A stretch of DNA of 64,000 nucleotides. Source: an uncultured delta proteobacterium. GTDB lineage: Bacteria > Myxococcota_A > Polyangia > Fen-1088. Shown here piece by piece: positions 52,059 through 61,756 of the stretch (its first letter is position 1; each line of letters opens with the position of its first letter). The notes beneath the pieces were generated by a model that was not told the DNA's origin, made no database searches, and saw only the letters and a program-made list of their open reading frames with translations. The position numbers and the translations under genes are program-made. Location of the stretch: positions 224,001 through 288,000 of the forward strand of contig CAVWIP010000001.1 of assembly GCA_963755125.1 (NCBI GenBank). The letters run 5' to 3'.

Positions 52059-53951
52059 GTGAAATCGCTCTTGCATCCCGTCCTCGGTATCGTGGCAATC
52101 GCGGTAGCCCTCGGGCTTGCGCTTCGTACGCTATTCTTCCGCCTCGCCCCGTGGCTGTGGTCCAAGGAATCGCCACTTGATGTGCGTGCCATTACGCCCT
52201 GGACTCGCTGGGCCGTCGCCGAACGAGACGGCATCGAACCGTATGCGCTGCTGCTCCTCGTGCTGGGTGCCTGCGCGGCAACCGTTGTTCTCTCCCGGCT
52301 GAGCGAACGATTGCCTGAGAGACTTCGCGCCGCCGTCGCGGCGTCGGCGCTGCCGGCCGTGATTGTGCTCGCGTTCTCGGTCCCCTTGCGCCCACCACTC
52401 TCCGTCGTCGCGAACACGCCCGGGCTCGCACTCCTAGTCGTCAGTGTTAGCCTGCTGGTAACCGTGTTCGTCGGCTGGGCTGCTGCGGCGAGAAGATATT
52501 GTGTGTCGGCGTTGCTGGTGCTCGGTCTGGCGGCCGTCTGTTTCCTGCCAACGACACTTCTCTCCCGGTTCGACGGGCAGACTGTCTTTGCGCCTGCTCT
52601 TCGTCTCGTGCACGGCGCATCTCTTCGGAATATTTACTTCCAATACGATCTTCTCCTTTCACTGCTGGCGGTTGCTTGGTTCAAGGTTGGTGCTGACCCT
52701 ATGGCCTTTTCCTTTGTAACAGGTCTGGGCTATTTCCTGTTGTTCATCGGTCTTTGGCTGACCATGCGCCGTTGGTTCTCGTGCGCCCGACTCCTGGCGC
52801 CTCTGCTGGTCTGTCTCGTGCTTGTGCGCTTCTATGGCAACATGCACGACGCGAGTGCGCTTCCGCAGCTAACTCCCTGGCGACTAGATTTGTGGATCGT
52901 CCCGCTGGCGCTGACGCTCGTGTTTGGTCTTGATCATTGGCTGGTTGGCCTCGCACTGGCCCTGCTGTGCTTCTTCTGTCGCAGTTTTGGCATCCTCTAT
53001 CTTGCAGCTTACGTGCTGGCGTGGGGAACTGACTTTCTCGCTGCTCGCTCGATCGAGTCGGAGAGAGCGGAACCGTTCTTCAAGGCATTGTGGACGGGTC
53101 TGCGTCGGGCACTGCCTATTGTGGGGCTGGTTGGTTGCTCCTTCGTGGTGGGGCGCTTGATGTTTGGCAGCCTGACCACCGAGGCCGTCAGCCTGTATCG
53201 CAGCTTGGGCATCGGCATGACGAAGATCGCCAGCGGATCATTCTACTGGTGGATCGTTCCCCTTTCCGCCGTGGTGGCAGGATTGGTCTTCTATCGGCGA
53301 GCCTCGTTCTCGCTCAAGCAACGACAGGGAGCCATTTCCCTTTCTGCTCTGGCCATCGCCAACTCGCTCTACTTTTTCGGTCGCAGCCACGAGAGCAATC
53401 TGGTTCTACTCAGCGCCATCTTTCTTGTGCTCTTCTTCCTGGCCATCGATCTAGCCTGGGGATTGCCGGAAACACGCGATGCGCTGGCCATGCGCTGGTT
53501 CTTGAGAATCCTTCCGTGGTGCACGGTCGCGTTCTGTGCGTATTTCTACGCGGGCCAGGTTGTGGCGCGAGTGGAGAGCCAAGCCGCATTGGTCGGAAGA
53601 CACCAAGCGCTTGCGCCGGCGCACCAATATGACTTCGTTCCGGTCATCGATTGCAGGGAGATATCCGGCGCCATCGGCGATGCCAAGGTCGTGTACTTTT
53701 CCTTCAATGACTTCTGGTTCTACTGGCAATGCTCGAACGAGCCCGCGGGAGGCTATCAGCCGTTGACGTTGTCCCCTCTCATGGAACCGCTGATTCGACA
53801 GTTGAATCGCGACGTGACGGCGGGACACATGATCGTTGTGCCCAAGCAGGCAAGGGACTGGGCCTCAGTTTTCAAGCAGGAATTCTTGCCAAAGCTGGGC
53901 AGCCTTTCGCTTACCGAGACCGAAAAGTATCTGGTCTACCATCGCCCGTGA
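52059..53951 (+). CDS. Hypothetical multi-pass membrane protein (possibly GT-C-like)
   Basis: 630-aa hydrophobic ORF; IYFQY, YFFGRSH; visibly more T-rich codons than neighbours. Confidence 0.6.
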   Translation: MKSLLHPVLGIVAIAVALGLALRTLFFRLAPWLWSKESPLDVRAITPWTRWAVAERDGIEPYALLLLVLGACAATVVLSRLSERLPERLRAAVAASALPAVIVLAFSVPLRPPLSVVANTPGLALLVVSVSLLVTVFVGWAAAARRYCVSALLVLGLAAVCFLPTTLLSRFDGQTVFAPALRLVHGASLRNIYFQYDLLLSLLAVAWFKVGADPMAFSFVTGLGYFLLFIGLWLTMRRWFSCARLLAPLLVCLVLVRFYGNMHDASALPQLTPWRLDLWIVPLALTLVFGLDHWLVGLALALLCFFCRSFGILYLAAYVLAWGTDFLAARSIESERAEPFFKALWTGLRRALPIVGLVGCSFVVGRLMFGSLTTEAVSLYRSLGIGMTKIASGSFYWWIVPLSAVVAGLVFYRRASFSLKQRQGAISLSALAIANSLYFFGRSHESNLVLLSAIFLVLFFLAIDLAWGLPETRDALAMRWFLRILPWCTVAFCAYFYAGQVVARVESQAALVGRHQALAPAHQYDFVPVIDCREISGAIGDAKVVYFSFNDFWFYWQCSNEPAGGYQPLTLSPLMEPLIRQLNRDVTAGHMIVVPKQARDWASVFKQEFLPKLGSLSLTETEKYLVYHRP

Positions 53952-54042
53952 TCGAGCCATGCTGACGGTGGAGGGACGCCTCAAGTGCCCCGACCGTTGA
54001 CCTCCCACCTGCGAGCACTGCTCCAGTGTGACCAGATGCCTA

Positions 54043-54063
54043 AATTGGCGGACGCCGCCAATT
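54043..54063. terminator. Hairpin AATTGGCGG-ACG-CCGCCAATT between convergent genes (probable hisS terminator)
   Basis: Perfect 9-bp stem about 12 nt downstream of the hisS stop; short T tail only. Confidence 0.45.
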
Positions 54064-54074
54064 GGGGACACGCG

Positions 54075-55352
54075 CTAGAAATCCACGAGCTGGCGAATTT
54101 TGGCTTCCAATTCGGCCTCGGTCACTTCGTGCTGTTGCCGGCTGGCGAGATCGCGCAGGACCAACTTGCCGGTCTGCAGTTCGTTGTCACCGACGATGAG
54201 CGCCAGCCGTGCCTTGAGAACGTCGGCGCGCTTGAGTTGCGACTTCAAGCTCGCCTCCCGATGCTCCAGTTCGGTGCGCACGCCTTGCAGGCGCAGTCGA
54301 TGCGCCACGGGCAAGGCCCAGGCCTGCGCTTTCTCTCCCAAAACCGCGATGAAGAGAGCCAGCACGGGCTCAAATTCCTCGGCCGGCTCGGCCAGCGCCA
54401 AAAGGACACGTTCGACGCCCAGAGCGAAACCGATGGCTGGTACCTCGGGGCCACCCAACGACGACACCAGACGATCATAGCGCCCGCCGCCGCCCAGCGT
54501 GTTCTGCGCGCCCAGATCGCCGATCTTGGCCTTCACCTCGAAGATGGTGCCGGTGTAGTAGTCCAGCCCGCGCACCAGCTTGGTGTCCACCACGCTCGGG
54601 ACACCAAGCGCCGAAAGGTGGCTGCGCACAGTTTCGAAGTGCCGCTTGGATGAGTCGCCCAGCACGTCCAGCAAGACGGGGGCACCAGCGGCCAGCCTCT
54701 GGATATCAGGATCCTTGGAATCCAGGATGCGTAGCGGATTGGTTTGCAGCCGCTGCCGCGAGCCCTCATCCAGCTTGTCGAGGTGGTTCGTGAAGTACCC
54801 GCGCAGGGCCTCGCGATAGCTCGCGCGCTCCTCAGGCTCGCCCAGGGTGTTGACCGCGACCTCGAGGTCGGAGGGCTTGATGCCCATCTCGACGAGCAAC
54901 GCCACCAGCATGGCGATCATCTCCGCGTCGACGCTGGGCGCGGCCAGACCGAACGCCTCGGCCCCCACTTGGTGGAACTGGCGCAGGCGGCCGCGCTGGG
55001 CGCGCTCGTGGCGAAACATCGGACCCAGGTAGTACCAGCGGGTCACCGGCTCGCGGGTCCATTGCGAGCGGGCGATGTACGCGCGCACCGCGCTGGCCGT
55101 GCCCTCGGGCCGCATGGACACCGACTGCCCGTCGCGGTCGGGGAAGGTGTACATCTGTTTCTCGACCACCTCGGTGTCCTCGCCCACCGAACGCACGAAG
55201 AGCGGCGTGTATTCGAGAATCGGCGTGCGCAACTCGCGATAGGCGAACGACTCCAACACCGTGCGCGCCTTCTCCTCGACGAATTGCCATTTCGACACCT
55301 CGGGCGGCAGGATGTCGTTCATTCCCTTGACGGTGGGTGGTAGGTCAGACAC
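54075..55352 (-). CDS. hisS: Histidine--tRNA ligase
   Basis: KGMNDILP, RPEGTAS, FRHER.Q.GRLRQFHQ, LVRGLDYY, GGGRYD. Confidence 0.97.
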   Translation of the reverse strand: MSDLPPTVKGMNDILPPEVSKWQFVEEKARTVLESFAYRELRTPILEYTPLFVRSVGEDTEVVEKQMYTFPDRDGQSVSMRPEGTASAVRAYIARSQWTREPVTRWYYLGPMFRHERAQRGRLRQFHQVGAEAFGLAAPSVDAEMIAMLVALLVEMGIKPSDLEVAVNTLGEPEERASYREALRGYFTNHLDKLDEGSRQRLQTNPLRILDSKDPDIQRLAAGAPVLLDVLGDSSKRHFETVRSHLSALGVPSVVDTKLVRGLDYYTGTIFEVKAKIGDLGAQNTLGGGGRYDRLVSSLGGPEVPAIGFALGVERVLLALAEPAEEFEPVLALFIAVLGEKAQAWALPVAHRLRLQGVRTELEHREASLKSQLKRADVLKARLALIVGDNELQTGKLVLRDLASRQQHEVTEAELEAKIRQLVDF

Positions 55353-55376
55353 GGCCGGATTTATAGCAGATGCCGG

Positions 55377-56126
55377 CTATTCGGTGCGAACCACAGCCAG
55401 GCCCAGTCCCTCCACGATGCGTGCGGTGGCGCGTTCCACCAGGGCCGCGTCGCGGCCGTCGACGGTGATCTTGACCTTGTATTCGGCGACATCGAGGCGA
55501 GGGTAGGAGCCCACGGCCACGCCGGGAAACTCGGCCACCACGGCGTCGAGCGTCCCGGCGATGATGGCCTCCCCCTCGCGGGAGTACACCGCGCGACTGA
55601 GGATGGGGCCGGCGCGGAACATTTCTCGCACCATCTGGAACTTGCGGCGGAATATCTCGGGCACCCCGGGCAAGAGGTAGACGTTCTTTACCGTCACCAC
55701 GGGCCAGCGGGAACGGTCCCCATCCGGGCCGTAGAGCAGTTGTGCGCCGTCGGGGATGTCCGCCATGCACAGGTCGCGCTCGTGCAGATTGGACCCCATG
55801 GCCGAACGAATCTTGGCTTCCAGTTCGAGATTGCGCCGCAGCAGCAGGCCAAACGCCTTGGCCATCGCTGCCATGGTCACATCGTCGTGGGTGGGGCCTA
55901 CGCCGCCCGAGGTGAAGACATGATCGTAGCGACCGGACATGCCGCGCGCGGCTTCCGCGATCTCGTCGATCTCGTCGGGGATGACGTCGATGCGGCGGAC
56001 CGCCACGCCTAGCCCGCGCAGCTCGCGCGCCAGATAGCGGGCATTCTCTTCTTCGACCTTGGCAGAAAGGATCTCCTCGCCGATGACCAGGATTCCCGCG
56101 GTTGGACCGTGAAACGGCAGTTTCAT
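55377..56126 (-). CDS. Molybdopterin-binding / CinA N-terminal domain protein
   Basis: ILVIGEEILS, SGGVGPTHDDVT, LPGVP. Confidence 0.88.
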   Translation of the reverse strand: MKLPFHGPTAGILVIGEEILSAKVEEENARYLARELRGLGVAVRRIDVIPDEIDEIAEAARGMSGRYDHVFTSGGVGPTHDDVTMAAMAKAFGLLLRRNLELEAKIRSAMGSNLHERDLCMADIPDGAQLLYGPDGDRSRWPVVTVKNVYLLPGVPEIFRRKFQMVREMFRAGPILSRAVYSREGEAIIAGTLDAVVAEFPGVAVGSYPRLDVAEYKVKITVDGRDAALVERATARIVEGLGLAVVRTE

Positions 56127-56178
56127 GTCGGCGACACCCAGGATACATCGATGGTTGGCATGTCCACCACAGGAGGAG

Positions 56179-56607
56179 CTAGCGAAGCGGATTGACCCAG
56201 CGAAGCTGGGGGAAGCGCGCGAAGTCGGCGTCGTTCGAGTGGAGTTCGGCCTGGTGCTCGATCGCCAACGCAGCCAGTTGCGCATCGGTCGTCAGGTTGC
56301 CTGCCGCGCCCAGCCCGCGCAGAAGGCGGAAGGCAATCTCCAGGTGGCGTGGGCCGGGAACCAAGAAGCTGACCTGGCTGCGTGACAGCCATCTCTCCAC
56401 ATGGGCCACGGCGTTCTCGACGGTCATGGGACGATCGAAGATGCGCGGATTGGTCACCACCCGGATGAAACCGTAGAGAGCGGGCGCTGCAAGGCCCACG
56501 GGCTTGGGGTCGTTCATCAAGTGCTCCCACCAGCGGCGCGCCTTCGCGTGCTCGGCGAAACCGTTGATGTGCGCGTAGACCAGCAGGTTGACGTCAGGAA
56601 CAATCAC
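56179..56607 (-). CDS. vapC: VapC PIN-domain toxin
   Basis: IVPDVNLLVYA..F.R..T.PR..DAQLAALAIEH..SNDADFARF. Confidence 0.92.
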   Translation of the reverse strand: MIVPDVNLLVYAHINGFAEHAKARRWWEHLMNDPKPVGLAAPALYGFIRVVTNPRIFDRPMTVENAVAHVERWLSRSQVSFLVPGPRHLEIAFRLLRGLGAAGNLTTDAQLAALAIEHQAELHSNDADFARFPQLRWVNPLR

Positions 56608-56873
56608 GATCGCCTTCGGCGCGTCGGAACCAGGAGGGCTTCGTCTTCTAGCTCGTCGGCGTACTTGTTGAGCGCGGTCCGGTCCAGCCCCGGCAACAAG
56701 GCCGCGTGATGCGCTGTGATCCGGTAGACGGCTTGCGCTTCGCCCGCGCCACGTGGAGAAAGACCGCGGCGAATGGCCTCGTTCACGACTTGCTTGAAAG
56801 GCTTGCGCGCCCGATGCACTTCCCCTTCCACCAGGTGGAAGACATCGGCGTCAAGCGTGAGGGTTGTGCGCAT
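56604..56873 (-). CDS. vapB: VapB-type antitoxin (RHH)
   Basis: MRTTLTLDADV..FKQVVNEAIRRGL; 4-bp overlap with vapC. Confidence 0.88.
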   Translation of the reverse strand: MRTTLTLDADVFHLVEGEVHRARKPFKQVVNEAIRRGLSPRGAGEAQAVYRITAHHAALLPGLDRTALNKYADELEDEALLVPTRRRRS

Positions 56874-56913
56874 GAAGGCATCATGATGCTAAATAATAGA
56901 GTCGTCAAGATGC
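56874..56913 (-). promoter_or_regulatory. vapBC promoter/operator: TTGACG-17 nt-CATGAT, with palindrome GCATCATGATGC over the -10
   Basis: Read directly; a second imperfect site GCATCTTGACG overlaps the -35; ATG lies 6 nt after the -10. Confidence 0.65.
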
Positions 56914-57100
56914 TATCCGAGGCCGGCTTGGCTATCCGATACCGCGGGCCAGGCCGGTCTTCCTGGAAGAGCGTTTGCACGCGACCAACTTGCCCTGGGG
57001 AAGGTTGAAATGAAGTCACCTTGCCTCCATGTGTCACCGAGCATCACCCAAAAAATTGCGCCTCCGGATAGCCTCCCCATACTGATGGGACGGAGCCGTC

Positions 57101-57412
57101 ATGCGTCGCGATACCCGGCCAAGAAGAACCTGGATTCTGCGTGGGCTGGCGGCTGTCCTGCTGGCCGTCACCTTCGGGTACGTGCCCTATCATCTGTATG
57201 CACGTTCCGGCTACGCCCGCTATCTGGAATTGCGGCGCGATCTGGTGGCGGCCAAGAGCCGCAACACACGCCTGCGCGCCGAGAACGAGCGGCTGGCCCG
57301 TGAGGTGGAGGCCCTGCGCACGGATTCTCGCGCGCTGGAACAGGTGGCCCGCGCCGACATGGGGTGGGTGCGACCGGGCGAGATCCTCTTCGATTTTGCC
57401 GAGGGGCGATGA
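57101..57412 (+). CDS. ftsB: Septum formation initiator (FtsB/DivIC family)
   Basis: TM plus coiled coil, LEQVARADMGWVRPGE. Confidence 0.85.
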   Translation: MRRDTRPRRTWILRGLAAVLLAVTFGYVPYHLYARSGYARYLELRRDLVAAKSRNTRLRAENERLAREVEALRTDSRALEQVARADMGWVRPGEILFDFAEGR

Positions 57413-59601
57413 GACTGTCCAAGCTGCGCGCTCGTCTGGCTTTCGAGACCCGGCGTGCTTGGCAGACGGTATGGGGCTTCGCCTTGGTGGCGACCATGGG
57501 TGCCCTGCTGTGGCTGGGCTGGTTTCCCGACCTGCGCCGGCCCGGCGCTGACTGGACGCGCGGGTTGGCCGCGGCCGCGCTGGCGGCGGCCTTGCTGGTC
57601 AAGCTGGCCGGTCGCATCGGCACCAGCGAGCGCCGGCGCACCCGCGCGCGCGAGTTGATTTCCGATCTCGAGATGGGACTGCTCTTGCTCTCGGCAACTT
57701 ACGTCTTTCTGTCCATGGTGGGCGGGGTCACCGCGCCTTTGTATCCGCTGGTCTACGCGCTGGTCAGTTTCCTGGTGACCTTCCATCCCCTGTCGGTCGG
57801 CTGCCCGCTGGCCGCGGCTGCGCTCGGTTTCGAGGCCATCATGGCCTATGGCCTGGGCGCCACGCCGGATGCGGCGGCCGCCTTTCCCGGACACGCGGGC
57901 TTCATCGCCGTGTTCGCCGTGCTGAACGTGGCCTTCCTGCACGCCGAGGTGGCGCGCCAGCGACGCGAGCGCCGGCGCTGTCTGGAGGCGGAGGTGGCTT
58001 CCATGAAAGAGGAGGCACGCGATTTCCGCCTGATCTCGTCGGCGCTGAGCTGCGAGCACCATGTGCGCACGCGCGCCGAGGAAGAGGAGAAGCTGTCGCA
58101 GGGATCGATCGAGACCATTCACGATCAGTTGCTGCACACGGTGGATTTGCTCCGTCGATCGATGGCGCTGCAGACCTGCGCCCTGCTCTGGCTGGACAGC
58201 ACGGGCGACAAATTGAAGTTCAAGGAACTGTCGAGCGATTCCCCGCACATGGCGGAAGGGCCGCTGTCGGCGCACACCGGTGTGCTGGCCGCCATCATCA
58301 AAGATCGGCGGCCCTGTGTTCTGGAATCGCCGCGGCTGTCGCTTTTGCCCTATTACCAGGGGCCGGCCGATGTGTCGGCCTTCCTGGGCGTGCCGGTTTC
58401 GGAGGGATTGTCCCTGCGCGGGGTGCTGGTCGGCGATCGCGAGGCGGGCGCTGTCTTCTCGGCGAGCGAGGTGGAGTTGTTCACCGCCGCTGCGGATCAG
58501 GTGATGCGCATCGTGCAGTCCGAGCGTGTGTTCCAGGCGGTCGAGCGCTCCAAACACGAGCACGAGCGCTTCTACCGGGCCTCGGCTGCGCTCAACCGAG
58601 CGTTGACCCTGGCCGAGGTCTACGACGCTGCCATCGAAGGCGCGCGCGGTGCGTGCGAGTTCGACTTTGCCGCCATCGCGACTTACGAGAACGCCGACGG
58701 GAACCACGTTCTCAGTCGGGTGGTGGGCGAGGGGGCCGACGATCTGGCGGGCCGGACCTTCTGCGACCCGGGCTCCATCGCGTCCATGGTGGTCAAGAAC
58801 AAGCTGGCCTTGCCGGCTGCCGGCGACTGGCGCGATCGCGGCGGCTCCTACGTGTTCGAGCCGCGCGAGCGTTTCAAGGGTTTCGAGTCGCTCTACGTGT
58901 TGCCCCTGCTGGTCAAGGACGAGGTCATGGGAACTTTCACCGTGGCGGCCCAGCGAGCCGGCGCCTTCCCGGCTGACCGGCGCGAGATGCTGGGCGTGAT
59001 CGCGAACCAGGTGGCCATCTCGATGCAAAACGGCCGCATGGTTCAGGCGCTGGAGGAGCAGGCCACCACCGACGGGCTGACCGGCCTGGTCAACCACCGC
59101 ACCTTCCAGGAGCGCTTCTCCGCCATGCTGGGCCGGGCCGAGCGCCACTCGATGCGCGTGTCGTTCATCCTGACCGACATCGACCATTTCAAGAAGATCA
59201 ACGACACCCACGGCCACCCGACCGGCGATCAGGTGTTGAAGCGGGTGGCGCGTATTTTGAAGGCCAGCGCGCGCAAGATCGACATCGTGGCCCGCTACGG
59301 AGGCGAGGAGTTCGCGTTGGTGCTGGAGGGCACGGATCGCACCGGCGCGCGCCAGTTGGCCGAGCGCATCCGGCAGGAGGTGGGCGCGCAGACACACGAC
59401 TCGGCCAAGGGCGCGTTCAGGGCGACGCTGTCGCTGGGCGTGGCGGTATATCCCGAGGACGGCAAGAGCAAGCAGGAACTGATTGCCAACGCCGACCAGG
59501 CCCTGTACGCAGCCAAGCACGGCGGCCGCAACCGCACCGTGTGCCACGGCGAGTTCGCGCGCGCGAAAGACGCTGCGCCGCGGGCGCGCGCAGCGGGGTA
59601 G
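57409..59601 (+). CDS. Membrane diguanylate cyclase, TM-GAF-GAF-GGDEF (DmxA-like)
   Basis: TDGLTGL.N, DIDHFK.INDTHGH, RKID I-site, RYGGEEF; ATGA overlap with ftsB. Confidence 0.9.
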   Translation: MRLSKLRARLAFETRRAWQTVWGFALVATMGALLWLGWFPDLRRPGADWTRGLAAAALAAALLVKLAGRIGTSERRRTRARELISDLEMGLLLLSATYVFLSMVGGVTAPLYPLVYALVSFLVTFHPLSVGCPLAAAALGFEAIMAYGLGATPDAAAAFPGHAGFIAVFAVLNVAFLHAEVARQRRERRRCLEAEVASMKEEARDFRLISSALSCEHHVRTRAEEEEKLSQGSIETIHDQLLHTVDLLRRSMALQTCALLWLDSTGDKLKFKELSSDSPHMAEGPLSAHTGVLAAIIKDRRPCVLESPRLSLLPYYQGPADVSAFLGVPVSEGLSLRGVLVGDREAGAVFSASEVELFTAAADQVMRIVQSERVFQAVERSKHEHERFYRASAALNRALTLAEVYDAAIEGARGACEFDFAAIATYENADGNHVLSRVVGEGADDLAGRTFCDPGSIASMVVKNKLALPAAGDWRDRGGSYVFEPRERFKGFESLYVLPLLVKDEVMGTFTVAAQRAGAFPADRREMLGVIANQVAISMQNGRMVQALEEQATTDGLTGLVNHRTFQERFSAMLGRAERHSMRVSFILTDIDHFKKINDTHGHPTGDQVLKRVARILKASARKIDIVARYGGEEFALVLEGTDRTGARQLAERIRQEVGAQTHDSAKGAFRATLSLGVAVYPEDGKSKQELIANADQALYAAKHGGRNRTVCHGEFARAKDAAPRARAAG

Positions 59602-59881
59602 GGGAGGCCCTGCCCGGGTCGCTGAACGTGCCGAAGCAACGACCGGCCCTCGCGTGCCGACAACCCTCCACGCAATCTCGCGCGGCGAAGTCGTACCTGC
59701 TCCCGCCACGCCTCCAGCGGCCCGTAGCGAGCAAGACAAGCCCAAGCGGCGATCATGATATACCCGGTCTTGCTGCCATCCCACGAGCCTAGTCTCTTCT
59801 CTCGGGTTGTTTCCAGGTACACTACCCCGGGTGGTCGGCAGAGCATCCATAGCTCCTGCACTATGTGCAACCGGAGGCACC

Positions 59882-61048
59882 ATGTTGAATCGCGTGTGTT
59901 CTGTTCTCGTGACGCTGACCGTACTGTCTATGCTGGTCATCACCGTGGGTGCAGTCGGGTGCGGCAGTGGTGGCGGAGGCACGACCAGAACCACGGGAGG
60001 AGCAACCGCCTTCGCGGGCACCACCGGCACCGCGGGTGGCGCGATCAACTCCGCCGGAGGTGTGGCCAGCCCCACCGGAGGCACCACGGACGCCGTCGGC
60101 GATGCGGGTGGAGGAGGCATGGCCAGCACCACCACAAGCATCCCCAACTATGCGGGCACAGTCGGCACCACTGGAGAAACCACAGGCGGAGGAAGCACCA
60201 GCACAATGGGAGCCTCCGGTGGAGGAGCCACCATGGTCACCAGCGGAGGAACCACCAGCGATGCGGGTGTGACCGGCACGACTGGAGGAAGCACCATCAC
60301 CATCGAGGGCACAGGTGGACGAGGCAGCGCTAGCGTTGTCGGAGGCACCACCAGCGATGCGGGTGTAACCAGCATCACCGGCGGCGCACAGGCGAGTCAG
60401 GACGGTGGTGCCCCCGCCCCTTGTGGCTGCAACGGCAAGAGCGACTGCGCAGTGTGGAAGAGCGTGTTCATCACCTGGTACGGATTCAACGACAACTCGT
60501 GCACTGTCGAGACCGAGCACGACTGCAACACCATCGCGTTCCCTGGGCTCGGACCCCAGAAGCACCAGGTAGCCACCGAAGGCAAGGGGACGTACGACGA
60601 CCCCATCACCTGCGCCGCCTCGGCGACCGACAGCGGTGGCGACAGTGAATCGTCCGGGGGCGTGACGCTTTCGCCTGGCACACTCGTCTACAACCCCGAG
60701 GTAAAGAAGTACTTCATCATGGAGGACCAGTGCGCCGAGTGTACGGCAGACTACCTCTGCGAGCCCGACGACGACACGACCCCGGATACCGATGCCCCCA
60801 CGGGGTGCAAGCAGAACGGGTACCCGCACATCGATTTCTGGATGGGGCCATCCTTCATGCAGAACGCCACCACCCTGAACAACTGTGAGGACAACTCCAC
60901 GATCGGCAACCCGTACGCGGGCACGGGCACCGTCGTCGTCAACCCCCCGGACGATCTGGAGGTCGTCACGACTCCCCTCTACACGGGCACAGGCGCGGGG
61001 GGTGGATGTTGGACGAGCGTTCAGGTCAATTCCGACTCATGCCCTTGA
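59882..61048 (+). CDS. Lipoprotein with Gly/Thr linker and a Cys-rich 3D/DPBB-like C-terminal domain
   Basis: GGAGG RBS, AVGC lipobox, ITWYG.NDN, GTYDDPIT, YFIMEDQC..C, HIDFW. Confidence 0.65.
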   Translation: MLNRVCSVLVTLTVLSMLVITVGAVGCGSGGGGTTRTTGGATAFAGTTGTAGGAINSAGGVASPTGGTTDAVGDAGGGGMASTTTSIPNYAGTVGTTGETTGGGSTSTMGASGGGATMVTSGGTTSDAGVTGTTGGSTITIEGTGGRGSASVVGGTTSDAGVTSITGGAQASQDGGAPAPCGCNGKSDCAVWKSVFITWYGFNDNSCTVETEHDCNTIAFPGLGPQKHQVATEGKGTYDDPITCAASATDSGGDSESSGGVTLSPGTLVYNPEVKKYFIMEDQCAECTADYLCEPDDDTTPDTDAPTGCKQNGYPHIDFWMGPSFMQNATTLNNCEDNSTIGNPYAGTGTVVVNPPDDLEVVTTPLYTGTGAGGGCWTSVQVNSDSCP

Positions 61049-61301
61049 CGCTCCCTGGACGGGGAGCACTCTTCCCTCCGTCTGAGTTAGCTTTGGAAAC
61101 CGGGGTGCCTTTGCCCGCACGTACCCACGATTGTCCGTACACCAGGGGCGGAAATGTCGGCGGGCGAAAAATTCCGGGGCAAAATTTCAAGCCGGCTGCC
61201 CAGCTTGAACCCGGAGACGTGAACTCAGGAAATACGCGGGAGCCGCAACCGGCCCACAACGCTCTCGTGTCTGCGTCCAAGATCGACGATATTCCTTGGG
61301 C

Positions 61302-61541
61302 ATGTGGGGACCAATAGCACTCTTGCTGTGGGCTGGGTCGGTCACGGTGTTGCCGATGGGCACGTCCTGCCCAAGCGGAGAGGCCATCGCCGCTGAGTTG
61401 GACCGGTTGGGTGCCGGTGCTGCGCTTGCTGCCTTGGGTTCGTCACAGGTCACAATCAAAGACACGAAGATGCACGTGGTCCTGCGGGGTCGGGACGGTT
61501 CCCTACTGGGTGATCGAGAAGTCGCGGCGCCCGAGGATTGC
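61302..61541 (+). pseudogene. 5' fragment of a secreted protein gene
   Basis: Signal-peptide-like N-terminus and SCPS..REV..PEDC; the reading frame then runs into the antisense of another gene. Confidence 0.45.
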
Positions 61542-61687
61542 ATGCGGTACAGACCTATGGTCAACGGAGAGGCGCTACCCGCAAGCCCCCACTTCACGAA
61601 TACGGCCGCAAACCCGAGCAAGCCTGCCCCGAAGATGACTGTGAAGACACCCCGGGAGGATGGAGAGGACGCCGTTGATTCGATCAC
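61541..61687 (-). pseudogene. 5' fragment of an EamA/DMT family transporter
   Basis: RGVFTVIFGAGLLGFAAVFVKW..SPLTIGLYRM, then loss of hydrophobic character. Confidence 0.6.
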
Positions 61688-61756
61688 GGTGCGCCGAGGG
61701 TTAGATCGGAAGGCGACCAGAAGCCAGGAAATGAAAGTTGGAAGCGAAGACCTCGT

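Noticed and set aside
59602..59760. Possible decayed small gene on the minus strand after the diguanylate cyclase
   Set aside because: No recognisable family motif and no clear start or RBS.
57220..60147. 975-aa minus-strand ORF, and similar long antisense ORFs such as 30089-32236, 5746-7020 and 9049-10248
   Set aside because: Shadow frames of well-supported genes in high-GC DNA; no recognisable motifs.
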